In this document: one piece after another, positions 40,701 through 52,700 of the stretch
Layout: every line of letters begins with the position of its first letter
Numbering within the stretch: the first letter of the stretch is position 1
Assembly (NCBI RefSeq): GCF_037042905.1
Contig: NC_087255.1
Coordinates: forward strand, 21,824,001-21,888,000
Direction: 5' to 3'
Source of the DNA: Lytechinus pictus
Lineage: Eukaryota
DNA length: 64,000 nt
Position numbers and translations under genes: made by a program
Notes under the pieces: model-generated
Told to the model about the DNA's origin: nothing
The model's input: the letters and a program-made list of their open reading frames with translations, nothing else
Database searches by the model: none

Positions 40701-43700
40701 GCGATAAATACCAAATTCACAATTGATTTCAAGACTTATGATCAATTTAGGGACTGAAAACAGACTTGTGATTGATTGCGAGTATCTTGCAATGCCCCAT
40801 AAATGTATCTCACCTTTAGGAGTGACTTCACAGATGTAGTTAATGTTCATCGTATCACAGACCTGATCGTAGACGGTCATGGTGTCTGGGTCGAACACTC
40901 CACAGTCGTCCAGACCATTCTGAGGGTAACCTTCTGCCCAGAGACTTTTCTGCCAATCGTTGGATGACGCACATGTGATCCACCTCCAATCTCCCTCAAC
41001 CGAGAGATCAGAATATCCTTAGAGATCATTTTTTAAAAGTTAGAGTTTAATTGAGACTTAAATATGAAGAGATCACATTGATGCGCATGTGATGCAATTG
41101 AAAACCTTCTCAATGGATCAGAGTAGCCTTTTAATTTTTTTTTTAAGTATTAGAAGAAAAGTAGCCTTCAATAAAAATCAAATGTATTACAATTCCATTA
41201 GATTTTATTTCATTCATCATACAAAATGTAAAATACAAAAATCGCATAAGAAACAGAGAGCAAATAAGAGGTAGGAAAATATATTCAAGAGCAAGAAATT
41301 TAATGAGAATGAGGGTCAGCAGGGTAGACAGCGTTTTATCAATAAATGCTGACCCTGAATATATATATAAAAAAAAACTAAATATTTGTGTTTGAAAGTG
41401 AAAGATAGGTACCCTACAAGCACTTATATCTTCAAAGAAAATTGATAATCTGTAATAGAATTTTCATAAACTACTGACGACCCTCTACATAGGGGTCGAT
41501 CTGAAAATTATATTTTTTTTCCAGTTTACATGGACATTAATCCATTGACCACCAAATTCTCTGTATCCTATTCCAAACTTGGTTCCTGATGGCAGCAGAT
41601 TAAACATATTTTTTTGTGTTTAAACTCACCTATTCTCCAATCTCTGCTATCATTGAACTCTTTAGTCCTATTAGTGATATATTCCAACTCCCATTCATCA
41701 TCAATGATCATCAGGTCATGTTCAAAGTTGTCTCCTGCTTCAGAGCAGTAGAATCTGTGGAAGAGTGAATAATAAATTTACTCACGGGGAACACTGCTCT
41801 CACATCCTTTCTGCCTCAAACAGAAAGAGAGAGGGCGACATATCCGGCACTGTGCTGGTCAGCATAGCCGAACGTGAAAAGTGAATACCACAAGGTCTCT
41901 TGCCTAAATAAAATTACAGATCTGACATGAAGCTTGTCAGCATTGGTGAGTTGGCATTCGTACAGAGAACAGTACTTCCTCAGCCCATGAAAATCAACTA
42001 GGATTTCAGTCACATAGTCAGAGATGATAATTTAGTCAGTGCTGACAACTTCCTTGAAATCACCCCACCCCCCGGTCGAGTTGGCATTCATGGTAATAAC
42101 ATAATAAAATTCAGACACCAACGCATCTCTGAAAATCAAAACTGTCTAAGGATTTCAGTCAAATTGTAAGAGCTGATAATTTAGTCTGCACTGACAACTT
42201 CCTTGAAATATCTGCCCAGTTTAGTAAATTGTGTGAAGTCCCTTGTTCCCTTAAGTTCTGATTTATCCGATCATCCTCAACTATGTGAATGCATCAATAC
42301 CATAACTATTGAACAGAAAATTTGTACAAAGTCCTTTTTTTGTACAAAGAGAAGCACACTGGATAGCCAAGATAATGATGCGCACATGAATATATTAAAG
42401 TCATATTAAAAAATGTTTTAAACAGACATATTCATTTTCGATGTTGGGGCTGCTGGCTTTCTACAGTTGCGGTTGATTGGATTAATCAAAACTCTCTGTT
42501 TGACAGGACACAGAATTTACTGCATTGCCAGGGTTCAAAGACAATGAATTGTGACACATTTGCTCTTGCGACTGTTGCTCCGGTCTTAATATCTCAAAGG
42601 GCATAGGGATTGTAATAGAGGATATGGTTCAGAAAAATGTAAAGATGAGGATTAGGGTTTATTTAGTGTGGGATGTTAGGTTTTATGTCTGGCTTAATAT
42701 GCAGATTTTCCATCAGAGCAACTGTCACTGGAGCAAATGTCATGGAACCTTCCAGATAGGCTACAGAGAAAGCCATCTGCCTCCAAAGAATTGACAGACC
42801 TTACTAAAGTTAAAATTTATCCACTGAAATGTTGCATCTCTCTATACTTTCTTCCATCCCTTCTTCCTGAAACCATCCCTTTGAGCTGTCTGGAATTCTC
42901 CCCCTCCCTTGGCCGCCAATGTCTGATTGACAAGCTCTACTGCAGCCGCCCACCCTTACAGAGTCACTGTCCCCACATGTAAGTCAAACACTTCTCTCAA
43001 TCAATCTTCGTACATACCAAGGACGGCTTGGCCTTGGAACTCACTTCCTGCCATCACATTACCTTAAGCTCCCAACATGGACAGATTTAAGAATTGTGTT
43101 CGGTCGTATTAAATCATTTTGATTTAAAAACTTCGTATTTATTTCAGTCATGGTTTATAATTTGGTAAATACTGTATGGGCCATTTTCATCATTTTTTTA
43201 TGGCAATAAGTGGCCGAAAGAGAAAAACTAAAGTAAAAGTATATCACAAGGAATTGATGCTTATTAGAACTCGTAGCACACACCTTGTATTGTCCCAGTC
43301 GTTACCATAGCGACCAAAGTCTTGGAACCAGTAGCACCGCCCATTTGCTGCTTCCTCATAGCCAGTTGGACATGGGTCTGGATAGGGCACAGCAAGATCA
43401 ATAAATGTATATAATAACATGAACCTGACAAGTTTTCAAGTAGGACAGCATATAAGGAAACAAGCACTCAAAGAAATACAATGTATTTGAATGAATGATA
43501 AAAAGAAAAAATTCTTCAGAAACTTCTTTTACGCCTTCTTTACAAAGGGAGCTCAGGTGGTAGAGCGGGGTTTTGTTTTCCAGTAACCCGAGTTCGATTC
43601 CCAATTGGTGCGCTAGTGCCCTTTGGTAAGGCATTTAAATTCTCATCACCATGCAGGTCCCTCGGAGAGGACCTTAAGCCGTCAATAATAATAATAGTTG

Positions 43701-46700
43701 GATTTATAAAGCGCTTTTTGCCAGAGGATACAAAGCGCTGCTATTATTACCCCGGCTTTAGCTCGAGCTACCTCGATCATCTAATCTAAAAAATCTAATC
43801 TAATTCATGCTTTCTTAGCAATCAGAAAAAAAATCACTACCATTTACCATTTTAAAAACGTCTTCAAATCATGATTCCAGGGTAGAAAAGTGGCAATGAA
43901 ACACATCCCTGGATGTAGATCTCAGACTTACCTGATTGGCCCATGACTGGTCCAACTCTGTCCAGTTCACCAGCAGAGATGAGGACAGCTACACTGATAT
44001 TCACAGTGGTGTTTGGTAATAGGCCTTGAATACGTGCTCCAGAAGAATCTCCACCGTAGATGATTTCTGAATATCAAATAATGAAAACATAAAAAGTCAA
44101 TAGAATTACTATTTTGCCAATAATAAGCTTTTATACTTCAACCTAATGGACACTAAAGTATAAGATATCTTGTGTTGAATTCTACGGAAAAAGAGTGTTA
44201 TAGTGATATCAAATAATTTCCAACAATTAAATAATTGTGTTCCATTGCTAATTGGATTCTTATTGTGCCAAAACTAATTCCATTTATAAGTCAGTCTAAG
44301 TCAGTGCACAAAATCTTGTTTTTTTTTACATGTTTTGAATGGGACAATGGCAGACCTCATAAAATTGTATTGATCTATAACTGAAGAACATAATTATTTT
44401 CTGGTTTGAATGCAGATAGATATTAAAATGATAAAGAACGATATGATTTATTCTATTTTATCAATACCATTACCAGCTGGACCATTGTGTGCAATGTTAG
44501 GCAAGGCATTCAAGAAATTAACAGGAAATATTGTAACCAAAAGCCATGTTTGAATAGAGAGAAGGGCGTACCTTGGAAATCACACAGTAAAGCCATGTTA
44601 AGATTTGGTGCGACAAGGCTCAGCAACATTTTTCTTTTTTTTTAATTCTGTTCACACATGGCAATATAAAATGCTTCACTTTTGCTTAAATACACACATC
44701 CTTAAATCTCAAGACTATGGTCAAAGGTATGGTAACAAATCTCATGAAACATGACAATTCCATAATGATGTGATGATTCAAGTTAAATACATAATGTGTC
44801 TATTTTGTGCTAATGTTGTTAAGGAAGTTGACTGGTCACCAGTCTTCTTAACGTCTCATATCTGAAAGACTACGTACAGAAAATGTTGTTTTGTAGTGCC
44901 AGGTCGAAAAAAGGACTTAAATGAACATAACATAATTTCTTCGTAAATGCTGATTTTCAAAATCAAAGAGAGGCAAAATAAAAATAAATAAAACTTACTG
45001 AAAATAAACAAAGTTAAATTTCGTTTTAGGTCGGATACCTTGCAAAAAGTCAGTGTCTTCAGGTGGATTCCACTATAAAGGCACTCTGCAACTTCTTGTA
45101 GCTGCTTTTCTGAATTCCCCATTGTTTTGTCTATGATGAAGTAATAATAATAATATTCCGCATTTTTATAGCGCTTAGCACATCGAGCGACATCTCTAAG
45201 CGCTTTACAGATACATTATTATCCTGGTCATCGGATCGGCCTTGCATGACCACATACAATGTATGCACCTTCTCCACTCCCTGGGGAGCGTTACAACAAG
45301 AATTCCAAGATTCAATTGCTAGGCATACTACATAGGATTTTGCATCCTACCGCGTACCCAATCAACAAGTGGGTGGAGAGTGGCAAATTGTGGATTGACG
45401 CCTTGCCAAAGGACGCTAGGCTATGGTGGGATTCGAACACACAACCCTCTGATTACAAGGCGAGAGTCAGAACAGCTACACCATGGCGCTTCCGCGACAA
45501 TTGGTAATGAAAGAAAATAAACACATTATCATCTTTCCAGAGCTTGTGAGCTTTCACCTACTCATTTCTGCAGGCTTCTTCAGACTAGCGCTCACTCGCC
45601 GTAGATGGAGTAACATCGGCAGCACGGCAGTCCAAGAGAATGTGAATGTACGTAGTAGAAAGTCTGTATTTTCCAGTGTCTCGGCTCACGGAATGTACGA
45701 TGAATCGAGACGCTGGACAATACAAACTTTCTACTACGTACATTCCCATTCTTACCGACTGCCGCTTCTACCCCATCTACATTGAGTCAGCATTAGTCTG
45801 AAGAAGCCTGCAGAACAAGCAGACGAAAGCTCATTGATTGTGGAAAGATGAAAAAATGTGTTTTATTTGAGTTCTACCAATCAGATGAATCTCTTTACAA
45901 GTAATGAAAGGCCGCTTGCGGAATCCCTGCGAAACAGAGGCGGCTCTGACTCTTTGCAAGGTACCTTACATTCAATGCTTACTGGATTCTTCCCTGTCAT
46001 TCTCCATCTCTTGATAATATATCTTATAGCCATAGACATCACATGCATTCTCTGGCACAGTCCATGATATCTCCACACCGTATGAAGCACCACTTGTCTC
46101 CAAATTCTCTACCTTCAGTTCAGTAGGATCAAAACCTGCAATGATAAAAACATTCAGAAATATAATTTTGCTGTAGATGCATTATTTCGATTATGCTGTA
46201 TATTCAAATCATACATCGTTGTATCATTTATATAATTAAGTATTTTATGTTTATGTTATGTTTTATATGGTCGAAAGCTATTTTGAAATTAATATGATTT
46301 GAAAAAGAAAACAAAAAATGGATCAGAAACAACAGGTCACTGGCCTTTTGTTGATCGCCCACATCCACTGAGATCACCTCCCGGCAGAACCTCACGCTTC
46401 GTAAATTTCTTTTTGTCCTGCTTCAATTTGTACATTTGATAGCTATACCTAAAATGGTATTACCCCCCCCCCCCCAGCCTTTATCTTAATTTCACTTATC
46501 TTTGTTTGTTGATTTGTATACTGTTTATGTATCATGTAATCTTTGTGTGTATCATAAGAAATTCTGAATTGATTTGTGCAAACAAATTAAATTTCCATTT
46601 GTACTTGATTGCATTATGGACAATAAAAATATCTGAATCTGTGAATGACTTAATGCGAGTCTTGTCATATCTACGGCTGTGTATGTGACCTATATGTGGC

Positions 46701-49700
46701 AATGTGAATGAGAGTAGCGCACATATATCTGTCCATGTTCTCGTGATGATTTGGGGTGTGTAAATGTCAGAATGTTAGTTAGTGAATAGAAAATTGGATG
46801 TTCATGCACATGTATATTCGGAGTAATATGTCATTCAGATCACTTTGTGTAGGAGTCCCTATTTAGTTGGGAATCCCCCCTTTTCCCCCATAATTGTAAG
46901 AAAAAGTAAGGAGAAAAAAAGGGCATTTGGAAAATAGAGATCTCGATAAAAAGGGAGGAAGGATAAGAGAGGTTGGAATGTATCAAATTGATTATCAAAA
47001 AGGAAAAGAATATGTACCATTACCTTTAGGAGATACCTCACAGACGAAATTAAACCTGACGTCGCAGACTTGAGCCTCGATCTCTCCAGAAGATGTCAGA
47101 GATCCACAGTCTGCCATCTCGTTGCTAGGGGAACCGGGAGCCCACAGGTTCATCTGCCAATTGTCCGACTCGGTGCAGTCCACCCATCTCCATTCACCCT
47201 CCACAGAAGTATCATGATAACCTTTTATAGAAATAAGGAATGGTTCAAAGAGCTTCCCTGGTTACCGGTCCAAAAGAGCAGTGGTGGTAAAAAGTTAGTG
47301 AACACTACCAGAAAATGTACTGCTCCATGCTGAGTGTTTAATGGAGACAACAACACTACAATGTTTGGTGAGCCAAGAGACATAAACTTTATTGAATGCA
47401 ATATTTTATCACCTGACTTCACAATTGAATATCTAAAACATGGCAGAACTTGAACACTTTAAATATTTTCATTTTCTGATGGGGTTCACTAACTTATTAG
47501 CACCACTGTACATATAAGATTGCTTTGCTTGTTTACACGTCCATAAGTGGTGACACAACATTTTCTCCTGCGACAGTTGCTCCGAGCTTTATTTTGTCTA
47601 AGATCAAAGGATTAGGGTTGCAATAGGGTTTTATGTTAGGTTTGAAGTTTTATTTATCTTTACAAATTGAAATTTTGAAAGCATGAAGAAAAATCATTCT
47701 TTCACATGAGCTAATTTTATGTTTTTGCATTTTGAAGACCAAATTACTATTTTGGTTATTTACAGAGAACCCTCCCTGGCGACTTATTGTTAAATTTGGG
47801 GTGGTAGGTCACATAGAGGCTTTTTTAATACTGTACCTATCCACCAGTTATTTGTATCCCCAGTAGCGTTTATCTGTTGCATGATATAGTCCAGCTCCTC
47901 TTGATCGTTAATGATCGCGAGATCAGAGTCCTTACGCATCCAACAGGTTTCACGTGTGTAGTGCCAGAAAGATGGGCTGCCCTCAACAAAGCGGTAGCAT
48001 CTTCCATTGGGAGCAAGGCTGTAGCCATCCGGGCAAGGTTCTGTGAAAGTACACATGATTTAAAGCGACCTTTCATTGACAAATCATGGGGAAATCAAGG
48101 CTAATCTCAGAACAGAGAAGGAATTCAAGTCTTTCACTCGGCTGCATGCCTGGGGGTGTTATGTAATAGACGCCGGCATGTCTGGGAGGTCTATAGGAGA
48201 GCAATAGTTAGTAGACTAACCAACCAGAAGTAAACTGCGTGTTTTCAATTTGAAACATGTAACTTCACAGAGGTTATTGATTTTGGTTAAGCAATCAAGA
48301 GACCTGCTACAAGTCTAGGAATTTGGATTGTTGGAAACTGGAACTGCGATGATCCGAAGTAAATAACCATCACAAGTTCGGTCAAATTTGTGCTGTCCGA
48401 ACTTTTATCGCATTAGTCCGAAGGGCGCTCATGATGGACGGATTATATTATGCAAGTCAATTAGCCTTTTGCAATTTTCGCATTGCAGTCAGTCCGCAAG
48501 CCCCTGTGTTAATGAGCAAATGAGCAAAATTTATCCAAGTCTTCTCGTGGCTGAATTCATGTCCCTGCAAAATCTCGTGAATTGTGAGACTTCTTTCTCA
48601 AAGAATTTAACCACTTTCTCCTTGAGTAATATTGATTATTTTTGTACCATGGGCAAGAGTAAATGTTACTCTTTCATATTGGTCATTTCTTTTGAATGAA
48701 ATATTTTGATAAATAAGTGAATTTTTTACCTGAAAAGATGCATCAAACAGAATTTTCTTCCTCTGTTTTCACTTGCAAATTGTGCAACATTTTGTGTTTT
48801 AGGCACCAACATTATTTATATCATCAGAAAGCTCAAACTCTATACTTTCTTACAATGTCACTCTTGATATGTGGCATCTTTTAGATGGGTCAGCAGCCAG
48901 CTTTTTCCATCAAGATGCAAGACGAGATTTCTGAAATTTCTGAGTAACATAAAATCCAGAGTTCTGATTGGCTGAATACTGTTTTCAAAACAAACAGGCG
49001 CGGGTAATTTGAAGAGATTACCACATGGTGAGTGTGACCTTGCAGAGGCCCAGTGTGGGGAACATTGGAATTTGCGTGGGTGTGTGGTCTCTATGACCAA
49101 TCAGAGTGCAGTATTCTTGTTTTTGAGCTGCAAAATGTACTTGGCCTATGAAAAGCTGGCTGCTGACCCATCTAAAATACATCTTCTTATAAAAATTATA
49201 TCATATTAAAGCTTAGATCTTCAGCTTTATCATGATCTAAAAATCATTTGTGCCCAAACAGAAATTAAGTGTGAAAACAACAACTTTTGTTGCATGAAAA
49301 AAATATTTTGTTTCATGTTTTAGATCAAAAGTTTTTCCTATATTACAACATTCTTTTAAAAATCCAAACACATTTATTTATTTTATTTATTGATATATTC
49401 ATATTCCACAATCATCAAAGTACATTTATAATAAATCATTTTAACATTTGAAAAAAATGCATAACACACAGGATTGAAACGTAGCAATGAAATGAAAAAA
49501 GTGGAGGGGCCTACTAAAAAGCAAAGCTTGTAAAATGTAGACCCCCTATCAAAATTTTATACAAGGGTAATATGATATAAGTAGAGTAAAATAATCAGCA
49601 AAATTCTATGAAATTATATATAAACACTGTAACACAAATGTATTTACACTATATACAAAATTAAATATTGACTTTAAAATAATCAATACTACCGTGGGTA

Positions 49701-52700
49701 AGTATGAGGTTCACAAAACATTTGATTGAATCAATAAGAATTCAGAATAAATTTTTTGATGAGTAATTTAAATCGGTTTAGATTAGCTGCCTCTTTTATT
49801 ACTCTGTCCAGAGAATTCCAGAGTTTTGGTCCTGTGAAAAATACAGTTTTGCTAGAAAATACTGTTCTACTTTTGGGTAAGTGATAGTCATTTGAATGTC
49901 TCGTATTATATGAATGTAAAGAAAGAATGATTCTTCTTCTTTACAAAGATACCAAAAACATGAAATTTGGTCAATATTTAGAGCAGCAATGGCCGAATAA
50001 AAAGAGGTGTTTTGGTTCGCACCAAGCTCATTAACTATGCAAAAACCCTCTAGTCATGAATATCACTTGGATAAAAGAAGCTAGTTTTTCAGGGCTTGCG
50101 GACTGACTGATTGACTCAATTTCCCCATAATTTGTCAGTTGGGCTCTTTAAGATGATGAAATTGTTGATATTGTAATAATAGCATAATAACTATGATTGG
50201 ATGATGTTTGAAGGTTTGCATGGTGGTATGAGCAATCGCGGAAGAGGTTTACGGTACAACATGTGTAAAGTCCTGAGATAAGAAGACAGACAGTCGGAAC
50301 ATCGAGTCTACTCTCCTGCTCCTGCTATTACTGTATTCGCCGACTCAAGCCATCCTTCTCTCACCTACTCAAGCCTTCTACCCAAGCCTGCCTACTACTC
50401 AGCTTTCCACTCCTGGTTTACAGTCCTAAGGACTACACTCATTTCGAAAAGAATACTCTACTTTCTAATCTCCACTTTCTTGCCTTTCCAATTCACCCCC
50501 TATTCTATCCACTTTTCTTATCTCAGTCCTTCCAGGACTTTACACATAGTGTACCGTAAACCTCTTCCGAGATTAAATATATTTGGTATCGATAGTGACT
50601 TGAATCTCATAGAAATACAACAAACATATTTGATGTATAAAATGAAATGAATTGACAACTTATCAAAACAGCTAGGACATATCTAAGAATCACATAAAAT
50701 ACATTAAATCAAACTAAATCCCGTCAGTTGAAATTTAATTGAATCATATATTGAACAATGAGGGATGATTATCCACGAGACTCGTCTTCATATAACCTCA
50801 ATAGCCCTGTGGCATAAATATTAATATTGTTAATGAATCTTTGCCATCCAATTGTAACTTCCATGGTAATAATGCCTCACAGCCAATCAATTTCAAGGAT
50901 TTCTTGAAGTCACAACTTATTGATGGCAAAGTTATCATAATAGACCTTATGCATGTGACATCCTAATCTCATAGCGCCCTCCCTCAGAGGATATAGGAAT
51001 AGGTGTAAATGGAGTTGTCAGAGATGAGCCAGCAGCAGCTCACCAGCGTATGCAAGGCAATGGCTTCAGCCTCTAAGATGGTGGCGCAGTGATGTCAATG
51101 CATAAGGTGTATGGTAACTTTTACACAATGGGGTCCATATTCAGTATCAATGCTTTTTAATCAAATGAGGTCATTTCCACATTAATAAAATCATAGAAAA
51201 TCAATATATATCCCATCTTTATGGTCTGGTGGTTATGACTCTTGTCTTTCATTCTGAGGGATGTGGGTTCAATTCCCAGCCATGGCATGCTTTCCTTCAG
51301 CAAGAAATTTGCCCACATTGTGCTGCACTCAACCCAGGTGAGGTGAATGGGTACCCGGTAGGAAGAAATTCCTTGAATGCATCAGCGCCTATATGGCAGC
51401 ACGGCCAAAGCCGGGATAATCATAGTTGCGCTTTGTATCCTCAGCCAAATTAAATCCAGCTATTATTATTATTATTTTATTTTCAAATAACAGTAAAATT
51501 TTCAGCAATACCTGTTGTCGCTGTAATAGGGCCTACTGGACTAAGCTCTATATCTTTGCTAGTATGTGCAGCTATTGTGACATCATACGTCGTGTTTGGT
51601 AGCATGCCTCTGACCACTGCACTAGAGGTATCCCCACCGTAGACAAAAACTGATAATTGCAACAACAACAAAAAAGAAGTTAAATTAATTCTATAAAAAA
51701 GGCAAAACTGACGTAATATGGCATGAAGAAGATTATTACAAAAACGAAAAGAACTTTGCAGATTACACGTGGATATTTAACACCCTCCCCCCTTTAAAAA
51801 AAAGAAAAAAAGACAGACGGTACAAATGAAAATGGAGATAAGGAATTTAAATTTGTCCTATTTCGCATACTTATACTATCATTTGGTCTACCATCAGTTC
51901 GTCCACTATCCACATGGTCTAATTGCCATTTGGTCCACTCACCATTTTGTCTAATAGCCAGTTGGTCCAATAGCCATTTAGTCCAAATACCATTTGGTCT
52001 AATTAGATCAAGTGATAATTGGGTGAAACAAATGAAAATGAAATGGGTATTAGACCAACTGGTTTGGGACGAAATGGTCATAGACGAACTGGTGATTAGA
52101 CGAAGTGATTATTAGACCAAATATTTATTGGACCAAATGGCTGTTAGACGAAATATTGATGGACGGACTGGCATAAGACTAAATGAAGGTAGACCATATG
52201 ATGATTGGATGAGTTGGCAGTAGACGAATCGGCAGTTTACCAGTCATTGCAGTTCACCTAATTTATGTTTACCTTTTCTTATATTTTCATGTACTATACT
52301 GAACTATTTGTGATATTTTGAAAACGTCCTGTTACTTTGATTGTACTTTGTTTTATTTTGTTACACAAAAATGAATAAACTCTAAATATAAATCTAATCT
52401 GATTGTAACTGGCCTAAATAAAGGAAAGAAGGAAAACAATATTCAAGATCAGTGCAGTAATAATTACATGTATAGAGTTATTCAAGGTCTAGAAACATGA
52501 ACTGTAGCTTATAAATAGATATAAATAGATATTTTGCAGAAGTAGAGGGATAACTTGATGACTAGAAAGCTTGTCATCCCAGAATTTTATTGCAACAACT
52601 TTTTTGATTTCATTTCATCAACCTTTTGTGTTGATAAAAGGACATTTGTTTGCATTTGTATTAATTCTTGTTTGCTTGAAGCACTTAAAAACATTGTACA

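Larger units (their letters stand above)
45513..45868. mobile_element. Foldback of two inverted Penelope-like terminal repeats
   Basis: About 170-bp arms, e.g. ttctgcaggcttcttcagacta / tagtctgaagaagcctgcagaa and aatgtacgtagtagaaagt / actttctactacgtacatt; each arm carries a hammerhead core. Confidence 0.7.

Noticed and set aside
44460-44510. Possible third exon relic (PC...GPAG resembling a CTLD exon start)
   Set aside because: Needs two frameshifts over 50 nt; not distinguishable from chance.
45015-45070. Hammerhead-like CTGAAGA...GAAA on the minus strand
   Set aside because: Stems I and II do not pair convincingly; at most a decayed remnant.
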